Notes: a model not told the origin generated them from the letters alone. 46,341 nucleotides of DNA from Spirochaetota bacterium (GCA_050298055.1 JBNKTL010000040.1:1-46341); one strand, 5' to 3'. Positions 1 to 9,665 are shown, counted from the stretch's first letter. Program-made: numbers and translations.

Positions 1-2
1 CC

Positions 3-170
3 CTCGATGCAATTTGCCGCTCCTTATAAAGAGCATAAAGCACTGTATTAATAAAGCGGCAAATCACTCGGGGAACACCAGGTGCTCATCGAGTGATCCT
101 GCAATTCAACATACCGTTTCAATAAACGGATAGCAGGATCGTATCGAGATGAGCTACGTTCGCTATGACA
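3..170. other. Highly structured element (four-way junction); candidate ncRNA/leader or nested palindromic repeat, truncated by the window edge
   Basis: Abutting helices 3-10:141-148, 12-21:55-64, 65-70:90-95, 95-102:133-140 (inner 114-119:124-129). Confidence 0.5.
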
Positions 171-272
171 GTGATTTAAAATTATAAAAATTTTAGTAAT
201 AAATAGCGATATTTTTTTGAAACAGGGAAAATTATTCTTGCCTAAAGAGGACATAAAATTTTTTTAATAGCT

Positions 273-3008
273 ATGTTTTTAAAATCCATGGAAATGTACG
301 GATTCAAGTCTTTCGCGGAAAAGACCCTGGTGAAGTTTGAGCCGGGGATAACGGCAATTATCGGTCCAAACGGCTGCGGCAAGTCCAATGTTGTTGATGC
401 CATTAAGTGGGTGCTGGGAGAGAAACAGGCAAAAAATATTCGGGGCAGTAAAATGGAGGAGTTGATCTTCTCCGGGACCGAACAGCGAAAACCCCTTTCC
501 CTTGCGGAAGTTTCGGTGACCATCGACAATGCAAACAGGATCCTTGATATTGATTCGGAAGCGGTAACAATCGGAAGGCGGATATACCGGGACGGTGAAT
601 CGGAATACCTGATCAACAAGACAACCGCCAGGCTCAAGGACATTGAAAAGCTCCTCATGGACACCGGTATCGGAAAATCCTCCTACTCGGTTATGGAACA
701 GGGAAAGATGGACCTGATCCTCTCAACAAAGGCCGAGGACAGAAGATACATCTTTGAAGAAGCCGCGGGCATTTCACGGTATAAGCTCCAGAAGAGAGAG
801 TCCCTCAAAAAGCTCCAGGACACGGGGGACAACCTTCACAGGATCAATGACATCATTAAGGAGATCGAAAGAGAGAAAGACCTCAAGCAGAAACAGTCGG
901 AGAAGACAAGAGAATACCTCGCCCTGATGAAGCAGTACACGGAACTGGATATTAACATAAACGGGATCAAGCTTTTTGATCTCCAGAAAAAACAGGAAAA
1001 ACTCCAGTCTGATGTGAACAGGCTGAAAGGGGAGAGGGAGAAGGTCTCCGCGAAAATATCAGCCACCTCCGCTGAAAATGAAAAGGACGAGAAGGAGAAG
1101 AACGATATTCAGCACAGGATCTGGGAGCTTGACAAAGAGCTCAGTACTTACAGGTTCAGGCTTGAGGATATTGACATCAAAACAGACCGCAACCGGGAAC
1201 TGATCCGGGAACAGGAGAAACAGAAAGAGAGCATAGAGGACAAGGTCAGGGAGCGGAATGAAAATTTAAACGCCCTTCGGCAGGAGAGGGAAAAGGCCGA
1301 GAAATCGGGAGAAGAGATAAAGCGGAAGATCAAGGAAGAGAGTGAAACGCTCAGGGAACTGGGGAGTAAAGCGGGTAAAATCTCCGAATCCATAAAGGAC
1401 GCCCGGAAGAAGATCCAGGACAACAGCAGGGAGATCAAGAACAGGGACCGGCAGCAGAAAAAGCTCCGGGAAGACCTTGAGGTTGTCATCAAAAAACTCA
1501 TTGATGAAATCGATAAAAGAAAAGCCGAGCTTGCCGGTTCCGAAGCGGAGAGGCAGGCTGTGAGGGAATATATCTCTCAATCTGTGGAAGGCATTAAGGA
1601 GAACATCAGGAAGGCCAGGGAAAGCCTGGAAAACGGAGAGGGGAACAGGGCCCTGGATATTCTCCGGTCAATAAATATCGATGAGCTCTGGAACAGTATT
1701 ATAAAATTTGAAGGTTTTGAAGACGGCTTCAGGTCAATACTCTTTGATAAGACAGGCATCCATGCCCGAAAAGAGGAGATCGACAGAAAAATCGCCGCAG
1801 AGATGGAAGCAATAGATGAGCTGACTTCGGAAAATATCCTTCTGGACAAAAAGATCCAGGAGGACCAGTCCGAACTTGAGAATACGAACAGGTCAATATC
1901 AAAGGCGGAGATTAATCTTTCCACATTTGAAACCGACAGGGACTGGATCGAGAGGAGCCTCGATTCGCTCGATTACCGGATAAAGGACGTCAGGAAGCAG
2001 ATAGAAAATCACCGGGTTGACCTGGAAAGGTCCGATTCAATGATTCTCAATCTCAAGAAGGAGATAGAAAACTGGGAAAAGGACCTCATCGATTTTAATG
2101 AAAAAAGCAGTGTTCTCGTTGATAACATCAGGGAGCTGACAGAAAGAAGGGAAGAGATAGAAAAGAGGATTATTGAGAGGAAGAACGTTTCCCTTAAAGA
2201 AAGGGAGGAGATTGAGCGGCTCGATAACAGGATCTCGTCCACGGAGAAGAACCTTGTTGAGATAATGTTCAGGAAAAATACTCTTGAGGAATATCTCTGG
2301 ACAGAACATGAAAAAAATCTTTCCGATTTTAACGGGAAGCAGGTAGACAACACCCTGCTTGGCAGCCTTCAGGATGAAATGGGGGAACTGAAAAAAAAGA
2401 TAAATGACCTTGGCCCCATCAACAACCTGGCAATAGAAGAGTATAACGACCTGAAAAAGCGCTTCCAGTACTACCTTGACCAGAAAAGTGACATTGAGAA
2501 GGCCAGGGAGGATATTCTCTCGGTAATAGACGATATCAACAAATCATCTGTTGAGATGTTCACCGAGACCTTCGGTGAAATTAAAAAGAACTTTTCCGCC
2601 ATATTCAGGCAGCTCTTTGAAGGGGGGGAGGCAACGGTTAATCTCACCGATCCGGAGAATGTGCTTGAATCGGGCATTGATATCATGGTGAGGCCTCCCG
2701 GGAAAAAGAGCAAGAACATCAACCTCCTCTCCGGGGGCGAGAGGGCGATGACGGCGATCGCGCTCCTTTTTGCCACCTATATGGCCAAGCCGTCACCCTT
2801 CTGTTTCCTTGATGAGATTGACGCGCCCCTTGATGATGAGAACGTCAGAAGATTTATTAAAATGCTCCGTGAATTTTCCCGGAAAACACAGTTTGTCATC
2901 GTGACCCACAACAAGAAGACAATAAGTACCGGCGAATCTATCTATGGCGTCACTATGGAGGAGCCGGGCATTTCCAAAGTTGTCTCGCTTTCCATGAAGA
3001 AAAACTGA
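273..3008 (+). CDS. smc: Chromosome segregation ATPase SMC (short form, no recognisable hinge)
   Basis: GFKSF, Walker A GPNGCGKSN, signature LSGGE, Walker B FLDEIDAPLD, long coiled coil; only 911 aa. Confidence 0.93.
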   Translation: MFLKSMEMYGFKSFAEKTLVKFEPGITAIIGPNGCGKSNVVDAIKWVLGEKQAKNIRGSKMEELIFSGTEQRKPLSLAEVSVTIDNANRILDIDSEAVTIGRRIYRDGESEYLINKTTARLKDIEKLLMDTGIGKSSYSVMEQGKMDLILSTKAEDRRYIFEEAAGISRYKLQKRESLKKLQDTGDNLHRINDIIKEIEREKDLKQKQSEKTREYLALMKQYTELDININGIKLFDLQKKQEKLQSDVNRLKGEREKVSAKISATSAENEKDEKEKNDIQHRIWELDKELSTYRFRLEDIDIKTDRNRELIREQEKQKESIEDKVRERNENLNALRQEREKAEKSGEEIKRKIKEESETLRELGSKAGKISESIKDARKKIQDNSREIKNRDRQQKKLREDLEVVIKKLIDEIDKRKAELAGSEAERQAVREYISQSVEGIKENIRKARESLENGEGNRALDILRSINIDELWNSIIKFEGFEDGFRSILFDKTGIHARKEEIDRKIAAEMEAIDELTSENILLDKKIQEDQSELENTNRSISKAEINLSTFETDRDWIERSLDSLDYRIKDVRKQIENHRVDLERSDSMILNLKKEIENWEKDLIDFNEKSSVLVDNIRELTERREEIEKRIIERKNVSLKEREEIERLDNRISSTEKNLVEIMFRKNTLEEYLWTEHEKNLSDFNGKQVDNTLLGSLQDEMGELKKKINDLGPINNLAIEEYNDLKKRFQYYLDQKSDIEKAREDILSVIDDINKSSVEMFTETFGEIKKNFSAIFRQLFEGGEATVNLTDPENVLESGIDIMVRPPGKKSKNINLLSGGERAMTAIALLFATYMAKPSPFCFLDEIDAPLDDENVRRFIKMLREFSRKTQFVIVTHNKKTISTGESIYGVTMEEPGISKVVSLSMKKN

Positions 3009-3113
3009 AACATCTCTCAATTTTTACTCTTTTGCTTGCCTGATTGCAATTAATTTTAGTATATTCTTCAGGTAGGTATTTTGTTACTGCCCGGCTGTGT
3101 ATAAAAAGAGACT

Positions 3114-4319
3114 ATGAATAAATTATTTTTCCTTTTACTCTTAATATCCTCATCCTTCTTTTTTTCCTGCAGTTACCTGGATGAGGGGAGCCGCAGGGAG
3201 GGAGATGAATTTAAGATCCCCGAAATTTACCATGATCCGGATGAGATCGAACTCTTTCTCAAGCAGGTGAGCAGCGCGTATCCCGCCATCACAAAGCTTG
3301 AAACCGTGGGGACCGGTGTGTCCGGGAGGAGCATCTATTCCCTTATTATATCGGACAATCCCGGCGCATTGGAAGTGGATGAGCCCAGGGTCAGGTTGAC
3401 AGGCTCAATACACGGCAATGAGTATATTTCCGGTGAGATACTCATAAAATATATCGAATACCTCACAACAAACTATAATGAAGATACATCTCTCACGGAT
3501 CTTGTGAACTCCCGGTATATTGTCATTATCCCGGCCCTGAATCCCGACGGTCTCGGAGCAAGTACCCGGTATAACGAAAACGGCATTGACCTGAACCGGA
3601 ACTTCAGCTGGGCATTTGCTGCCGGGGGAAGTCACGGTTCGGCACCCTTTTCCGAACCGGAATCACGCGCTTTCAGGGACTATTCCCTCTCTCGCGTCTT
3701 TCACCTCTCCGCCACATTTCATTCCGGCGCTGTGGTGGTGAACATGCCCTTTGATTACGGGAAAGAGAGCGAGGGTGTGTTCCCGGTTGAGAACGACCTG
3801 GTGAAATTTATGGGGAAAGAGGTCTACAGTACCTCGGGGGATTTTCTTCTCACTCCCAATCTCATGACCGGGACCTATACGGACAGCGGGACCATAAACG
3901 GCGGTGACTGGTATGTGGCATACGGGACACTCCAGGACTGGAGCTACAGGGAAGCAGGCTGCCTTGACCTCACGGTGGAAGTGGCACGGAGCAGCCCCCT
4001 GGACTCAGCGGGAATTGAAGAGTACTTCGGGTATAACAGGGAATCAATAACGGCATATATCAATGCCGCGGGGACCGGCGTCTACGGGGTGGTAACGGAT
4101 GGCACTGATCCTGTTGCGGGTGCCGGCGTGTGGGTGGACGACGGGGACCTGGTCACTTACACTGATTCTAACGGATATTATTATAAGATACTGAAACCCG
4201 GTTCATATACGCTGAAGGTCTCAAAAGACGGTTACTCTCCATCTCCTTACTCCCAGGCGATTACTATCAGCGCACTCAATGATGCTCAGCAGCTCCCGGA
4301 CGTAACACTGACTCCCTGA
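3114..4319 (+). CDS. M14 zinc carboxypeptidase lipoprotein with C-terminal carboxypeptidase-regulatory-like domain
   Basis: Lipobox-like FFFSC, IHGNE, NPDG, DLNRNF, TFHSG, catalytic TVE; C-terminal GVYGVVTD...GSYTLKVSKDGY. Confidence 0.88.
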   Translation: MNKLFFLLLLISSSFFFSCSYLDEGSRREGDEFKIPEIYHDPDEIELFLKQVSSAYPAITKLETVGTGVSGRSIYSLIISDNPGALEVDEPRVRLTGSIHGNEYISGEILIKYIEYLTTNYNEDTSLTDLVNSRYIVIIPALNPDGLGASTRYNENGIDLNRNFSWAFAAGGSHGSAPFSEPESRAFRDYSLSRVFHLSATFHSGAVVVNMPFDYGKESEGVFPVENDLVKFMGKEVYSTSGDFLLTPNLMTGTYTDSGTINGGDWYVAYGTLQDWSYREAGCLDLTVEVARSSPLDSAGIEEYFGYNRESITAYINAAGTGVYGVVTDGTDPVAGAGVWVDDGDLVTYTDSNGYYYKILKPGSYTLKVSKDGYSPSPYSQAITISALNDAQQLPDVTLTP

Positions 4320-4506
4320 ATGCTCTTCCAGCCCGGCAGCAAAAAAAAACTCAATTAAGAAATTTTATCGCCGCAGCTATTGACGTATGGGAAAAATATT
4401 GTTAGCTTAATTAATACATATAAGACTCTCATGTACATGGAGGTTCTTTCAGCCATAGGGAAGACTGCTCGGAGGAAAGCTGGTATCAGGGCAGGAGGTC
4501 GGGATT

Positions 4507-6099
4507 ATGGCAAAGGGTGTACATGTTACTATCGTTCTTTTTATTTTCTTCGTTCTTTTTATCGCCTGCGGCGGCAGGGTTGAAAATCCGCTTACATCGG
4601 GAAGCGCAACGAATATACCTTCAACAAACAATGTTGTTGTTGACCTGGGTGACGGTCTTCTTGTAGCTGAAAATGGTATTCCCCAGGGTACGGATACCTT
4701 TACGGTTGCCCTCAATATGCAGCCCGATTATGAGATAACAATCGGGACAATAGCAAGTCTGGACACGGGAGAGGTAACTGTTTCTCCGAATATTCTGACA
4801 TTTACTTCAGATAACTGGGCCGTTCCGCAGACCGTTACGGTGACCGGTGTTGATGACGCTCTGGCCGACGGGATCCAGCCGGTCTATATTGACCTGGGCC
4901 GGATAAACTGTTCGGCGTGCAGGGGAGATTCCGCGGGGACTGTTATCGTGTTTAATACCGATGACGAATCGGTAAGCAATTTTCCCGCTGTTCTTTTTAC
5001 GGAGCCCGACGATGGGATCATCGATTTTCCCGTTGATAAAAGTCTCTTTCTCACCTTTAACAAGTCCATGGACCCTGCGACCATCACCACAAATGTTTCG
5101 AATACCGCATGTTCGGGAACAGTGCAGGTCTCCTCAGACGGCTTCGCGAGCTGTGTTCAGATGAGTTCGGCGCCAATCACCACTCACAGTGACATGACAT
5201 TTGAGATCATCCCATCGGCTCCTCTCAGCCTCTCAACTGTCTACCGGGTAAGAGTAACCGTCGGTGTACAGGACAGTATAGGAAACAACATGCAGATGGA
5301 ATACACAATGCCCGCGGGTTTTACTACTGGCGCTGTTGCCGATATCATACCCCCTGAAATTTTCATCGTGCAGCCGGACAATGGCGCCACTGATATTTTC
5401 GTCAGTGATCCTGTTGCCATAACCTTCAATGAAAGCATGAACCCGGCCACAATAACCACAAATGGAGGCGCCACAACATGCAACAGCAGTTTATATACAA
5501 TACAGATCTCTACCACTAATACCTTTACCACATCTGATATCTGTGAGGCTGTTTTTGCCGCTCCCGAAGTGACAAATAACGATTATACCTACATTGTACA
5601 GCCCGTTAATAACCTTTTGACCAACACCGTTTACTATATAAGAATTTCCAATACTGCGGGGGCCCGGGACGCTGCGGGTAACCTGCTGGTTAACGGTTTG
5701 ACCACAAGCTTTACAACGGCAATATCCGCCGATTCACTCAGGCCGTCGGTGAGTACTATTTCACCGGCTGACGGAGAAACCGGCGTTCCGGTAAACAGTG
5801 ATATTGCTGTTCTTTTCAGTGAACAGATGGAAGTGAGCACCGTAACGGTCAATACGGCAAATACAACATGTAATGCCGGTATCTATGCCATTGAGGTCTC
5901 TTCGGACGGTTTCAGTAATTGTGTCAGGATGGACAGCATAACTCCCAGTATAGCGAATAAAAAATATACAATGACAACAACTTCAATGCCTTCAAGCGGT
6001 ACTAATTACCAGGTCCGCATAAATGACAGTGTTGCCCAGGACAGGGCAGGGAATGGGGCGGTCTACTATATACAGCCCGGCGGTTTTACCGTCCCGTGA
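4507..6099 (+). CDS. Surface lipoprotein with three bacterial Ig-like (Big_5/SbsA-type) domains
   Basis: Lipobox FIAC; LTFTSDNWAVPQTVTVTGVDD module; three repeats of PxDG...V....I...F(N/S)xxMxxxT..D..GN. Confidence 0.8.
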   Translation: MAKGVHVTIVLFIFFVLFIACGGRVENPLTSGSATNIPSTNNVVVDLGDGLLVAENGIPQGTDTFTVALNMQPDYEITIGTIASLDTGEVTVSPNILTFTSDNWAVPQTVTVTGVDDALADGIQPVYIDLGRINCSACRGDSAGTVIVFNTDDESVSNFPAVLFTEPDDGIIDFPVDKSLFLTFNKSMDPATITTNVSNTACSGTVQVSSDGFASCVQMSSAPITTHSDMTFEIIPSAPLSLSTVYRVRVTVGVQDSIGNNMQMEYTMPAGFTTGAVADIIPPEIFIVQPDNGATDIFVSDPVAITFNESMNPATITTNGGATTCNSSLYTIQISTTNTFTTSDICEAVFAAPEVTNNDYTYIVQPVNNLLTNTVYYIRISNTAGARDAAGNLLVNGLTTSFTTAISADSLRPSVSTISPADGETGVPVNSDIAVLFSEQMEVSTVTVNTANTTCNAGIYAIEVSSDGFSNCVRMDSITPSIANKKYTMTTTSMPSSGTNYQVRINDSVAQDRAGNGAVYYIQPGGFTVP

Positions 6100-6110
6100 T
6101 GTTCCCAATA

Positions 6111-6132
6111 GCCCCAGGTTTAAACCTGGGGC
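6111..6132. repeat. Perfect 22-bp palindrome (REP-like or terminator)
   Basis: GCCCCAGGTTT|AAACCTGGGGC just downstream of the stop codon. Confidence 0.6.
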
Positions 6133-6163
6133 GACGGGGGCCACGGGAGACGATTTTTAATCA

Positions 6164-6192
6164 TTGACAAAAAACGAAAGAATTTTTATATT
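6164..6192 (+). promoter_or_regulatory. Sigma70-type promoter
   Basis: TTGACA-N17-TATATT; RBS AAGGAGG at 6217-6223. Confidence 0.7.
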
Positions 6193-6230
6193 AATAAATC
6201 AATTCTGATAAGCACAAAGGAGGGTGTAAA

Positions 6231-6797
6231 ATGAAAGTGTCAATAGATGGCATACTTGGTTCGGCGAAAAAAATAAACAGCCAGAAACAGTTAGATGAAG
6301 AAAGCCTCAACAGGAAAAAGAAAGAGGTAAAATCCGATACCGTTGCCATAAGCAGAAAAGTCAATTCCCGCCTGGAAAACATAGAATCCGAATTTCGGGA
6401 GATTCAGTCATCTCTCACCAGGAACCAGATCATAAACCACGGGATCAAACAGCTGGCAGAGGATTCTTCCCGAGGCGGGAAAAACAGGGAAAATATACTC
6501 AACGATGTCTCCTTTGAAGGGAAAAACGTCCTGAAGCAGTTCGTGGGGGAAAGCTTTGACCCGGAACAGCTGGGGGCGAAAAGCGATACGGTGAATAACA
6601 TGATTGAGACCGATATCTCCCGCCTGAAGAAGCTGCAGGTTGAAGTGGACAACATACTGGCTTCGGACCTGGCGGGAGAAGGGAAGGCGGAAGGGATCCA
6701 GTCGAATATCGATTCCCTTTACACGGCCCTGGACTCAGGTAAGCTTGAAAGTCTCACCAACCTGAAGGTCGATTCGGTTATGAGGCTGATCAAGTAG
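6231..6797 (+). CDS. Hypothetical helical protein
   Basis: 188-aa ORF with strong RBS, promoter and terminator; no recognised motif. Confidence 0.8.
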   Translation: MKVSIDGILGSAKKINSQKQLDEESLNRKKKEVKSDTVAISRKVNSRLENIESEFREIQSSLTRNQIINHGIKQLAEDSSRGGKNRENILNDVSFEGKNVLKQFVGESFDPEQLGAKSDTVNNMIETDISRLKKLQVEVDNILASDLAGEGKAEGIQSNIDSLYTALDSGKLESLTNLKVDSVMRLIK

Positions 6798-6835
6798 GGT
6801 ATGGTGAGTTTATCAATAATGGCCGGTATTGCGGC

Positions 6836-6872
6836 AGCGCCGGTTTTTGGACCGGCGTTTCACATTTTTTTT
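6836..6872 (+). terminator. Intrinsic terminator
   Basis: AGCGCCGGTT-TTTG-GACCGGCGTT followed by a T-rich tract. Confidence 0.6.
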
Positions 6873-6900
6873 ATGGGGTTGTATATTTTCTGAGTAAAAG

Positions 6901-7181
6901 GCCCCCTGAATCCCCCAGAGGGGGGAGCCCCATAAACTCCCGGATGGGAGAGCCCCCTAAATCCCCCGGAGGGGGACTTAAGATTGCAATTGATAAATTA
7001 ACAACATTCTCTCAAGCAAAACCTGCAAATGTAATTGATGGAGGTATTCATAAAAACGGAACTGGCTTTGATGATCAGAAAGATGAATTTTAAAAATTCA
7101 GAAGTACAGTGATTGATAAAATATAAAGTATATTATAATAAAAAAAGTTTCAAAGTCCCCCTCCGGGGGATTTAGGGGGCT
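6901..7181. repeat. REP-like GCCCCCTAAATCCCCCGGAGGGGGA repeats: three tandem units plus one inverted unit
   Basis: Units at 6901-6926, 6927-6951, 6952-6979; 6951-6979 is the exact reverse complement of 7153-7181. Confidence 0.85.
6980..7126 (+). pseudogene. Decayed DUF559 (Vsr-like endonuclease) fragment
   Basis: Reads FSQAKPANVIDGGIHKNGTGFDDQKDEF*KFRSTVIDKI*, resembling DUF559 F..AKLxIExDGxxH...YD..RD..L; internal stop, no start. Confidence 0.6.
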
Positions 7182-7328
7182 TAACAGGGTAATGTTAATT
7201 CGTTCATTACAGTTCAAGTTGAACTTTTTGTATATAAACCCCCTCAGGGGGTGGCTCGTTTGAGTGTTGCAACAAGGTGAAGTTGCTTGAGACGGGGGCC
7301 TGAGTTATTTCCGGTTTATGAGAACTTG

Positions 7329-8087
7329 CTATTTCTTAACTCTATGGGCCCTTCTTCTGGGGACATAGATGGTGTCTTTTGTAAAATCGTCCTCGAACAC
7401 AATCTCCTTGTTGTTGTAAACTTTAACATCACCGATCTTTAAAAGAAGGTTTTTGCTGCTGAAGGCGATCTTTCCGCCATTTTCTTTCTCGGGCATTGTG
7501 TCGCTGAGGATTTTTTTCCCGTCTATACTAAGAATGGCATTATTACCAGCCAGTTGGATTTTTACTTTGTACTCTTTTCCATATTCAAGTTTAACATTCT
7601 TTGATGTAAGGACTTTTACGAAGGTATTATTTTTGGTGGCATACTTCTTCGTTTTGTCTATCCGGTCAGAGTGAATAAGGTTTATGGTATTGATCTCATC
7701 ACGGTCGCCGGTGAAGCGGATACCATAAAGGTGAAAGTTCCAGTTTTTATAAGGACTTGTGATATTAAATGATACCATGAATTCCGGGACCTTGTCCCGT
7801 GTCTTGATCTCTATGCCCGGTTTATTGACTGTAAATGAGAACTCAAGTAAATTGTAGTTTTCGAGTTTCTTCTTTGAAGTTACAGTATTGTAGTTAAGAA
7901 GTTCATAGAAGTGCCAGGGTGATGCCCAGGCCCTTAATTCGTGAAGGTAAGAATTCTTTATTGACCAATTACCGCTGAAACGCTGCCATTTATAAATATC
8001 GTCAGCCGGGGATTGCTTTACCCCGGCTGTAATTAATACTAAAATTGATAAAATATATATAATAATTTTAGATTGAATTTTTATCAT
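7329..8087 (-). CDS. Secreted hypothetical protein, possible concanavalin-A-like beta-sandwich
   Basis: Signal peptide; YKVKIQLAGNNAILSIDGK...GGKIAF...IGDVKVY pattern. Confidence 0.65.
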   Translation of the reverse strand: MIKIQSKIIIYILSILVLITAGVKQSPADDIYKWQRFSGNWSIKNSYLHELRAWASPWHFYELLNYNTVTSKKKLENYNLLEFSFTVNKPGIEIKTRDKVPEFMVSFNITSPYKNWNFHLYGIRFTGDRDEINTINLIHSDRIDKTKKYATKNNTFVKVLTSKNVKLEYGKEYKVKIQLAGNNAILSIDGKKILSDTMPEKENGGKIAFSSKNLLLKIGDVKVYNNKEIVFEDDFTKDTIYVPRRRAHRVKK

Positions 8088-8115
8088 ATATTAAATAATG
8101 CAGAGTTCAGATTTG

Positions 8116-8490
8116 TTATTTCTTTGCAGTTGCACTTGTGATGTCCCAGGTATTTGATGACCCATCAGAAACCGTAAGAGTCTGCTGCGTGGTCCCGTTG
8201 CCATCCGTATATTCAAGCTGGTATGTTGTTCCTCCGTCTCCCAGACATTCTGATTGGCCGGTGTCTTCGGTAATGGTCTGATATGCAGTTGAACTGCCGT
8301 TTGACAGTGTCCCTGACCATGTCTGATTCGTTGTTCCATTAGCAACCCATTTAATATCTTCAACTGTTGTTGTATCTGTCTGAGAATTTGTATACTTCAA
8401 CTGTGCCGATGAAAACTCATCATCACCCCCAAAACACCCCACAAAAAATGATCCTGCTATCATGATTAAAAGAACCACAAATTTCTTCAT
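8116..8490 (-). CDS. Small Thr-rich lipoprotein (start revised to MKKFVV)
   Basis: Lipobox FFVGC; RBS CAGGAG 9 nt upstream of ATG at 8490. Confidence 0.75.
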   Translation of the reverse strand: MKKFVVLLIMIAGSFFVGCFGGDDEFSSAQLKYTNSQTDTTTVEDIKWVANGTTNQTWSGTLSNGSSTAYQTITEDTGQSECLGDGGTTYQLEYTDGNGTTQQTLTVSDGSSNTWDITSATAKK

Positions 8491-8717
8491 AATTGTCATC
8501 TCCTGAATTTTTAAAAAGTTAATATGCGAAAATACCAAAAAGCTGTTAAGTAACAGCTTTATACTCTCCGGCATTTCCACGTCTTTCAAAACTATACCTT
8601 AATGTAGAGCAAAAAGTGCGGGGAGTCAACTATTTATCTCACTTTTTTTCACTTTCCTGCTTGACGGAGGAGGATTTATGGATTAATTATTTGTAGAGGT
8701 AGCATCGTGGAATAATG

Positions 8718-8748
8718 AACTTGTAACTTGTAACTTGTAACTCGGAAC
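8718..8748. repeat. Heptamer tandem repeat (AACTTGT)3-AACTCGG-AAC
   Basis: Directly visible. Confidence 0.8.
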
Positions 8749-8797
8749 AAAATATCGCTCCTCATGATGCCAGAGAGAAGACGACAGAAGTAAAAAA

Positions 8798-9412
8798 ATG
8801 ATAAAAAATACACTCATAACAGCAATCCTCCTCTCCCTCATGCCCCTGCATGCGTCTGAACGCTGTTCATCCAGGGTAAAGGTCTATAACCCGGGAAGCA
8901 CTAAATGGAAGAAATATGCTTCCGGGTGGGAGAGGATACTGAAAAGCCGTGAGATCTATAACTGGGGGAGAAGCAGGGGGGGGTATCTCATTGAGGACAG
9001 GGGGCCGGTTGTTGACGGGAGCGCCGCCTATGTCTCTTCGAGAGGATCGAAAATCGTTCTCACGGATATAAAACAGGGGTGCTTCTACAGGCTCTGGATT
9101 GATTTTGTGGGTTTCCGGTTCTCCGGGGAAAAAAATCCCCCGCAGGTGCTCAGGATCTCTATAGGGAGTGAAGAGAAAGGATACAGGCTTCTTAAAATCA
9201 TAAAGTTCGAAGATCTTAACAGGAAAAAAATGGAGTTTATTGATATACCCTACGGTATGACGGTCAATGACACCTTTGATATTGTTTTTGGGGATTACTC
9301 CACGGAAAACGGTTTCTGGGGTATCTGGGACATGGTCCTTACCACGGAAAGAGAAATACCTGTTTCCGGGACCCTGCAGGGGAAAGGGAAAAGCGGCGCG
9401 AAGAAAAAATAG
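8798..9412 (+). CDS. Secreted hypothetical protein
   Basis: Signal peptide ending LHA; 204 aa. Confidence 0.7.
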   Translation: MIKNTLITAILLSLMPLHASERCSSRVKVYNPGSTKWKKYASGWERILKSREIYNWGRSRGGYLIEDRGPVVDGSAAYVSSRGSKIVLTDIKQGCFYRLWIDFVGFRFSGEKNPPQVLRISIGSEEKGYRLLKIIKFEDLNRKKMEFIDIPYGMTVNDTFDIVFGDYSTENGFWGIWDMVLTTEREIPVSGTLQGKGKSGAKKK

Positions 9413-9665
9413 GTTTTTCCCTGTTTTTTTTTTGACAAAAAAAAGGGAGTTTTTTTATCTATCACAATATTCGTGGAAAACAGAATTGAGAGAGGACGAT
9501 TATCGGGCTTCAGCAGGCCGATTTATGTGGTGTTTTCCCGGAGTACGCGACACGGAAGAAAATGGAATTTTTAGATCTACCCGGAAATTTTTTTTGTAAA
9601 AATGTTTCCGTCAGATTAAATTTATATTATCTTATTGACAATATAAAGAGTAACAGGGTGGCCAT

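Noticed and set aside
20..60. Resemblance of minus-strand ATACAGTGCTTTATGCTCT to the M-box riboswitch 3' end; also tmRNA, RNase P, SRP or retron RNA for 1-170
   Set aside because: The other conserved motifs are absent and no RT gene is visible; untestable at the window edge.
9267..9599. 110-aa ORF overlapping the upstream gene, and the many antisense ORFs inside long genes (e.g. 15344-16267, 33451-34347, 13929-14525)
   Set aside because: Shadow frames of well-supported genes, with no motifs or RBS.
9420..9665. LexA/SOS box upstream of the uvrA operon
   Set aside because: No convincing match to the LexA boxes I know; the T10/A9 tracts around TTGACA are better explained as a terminator or promoter.
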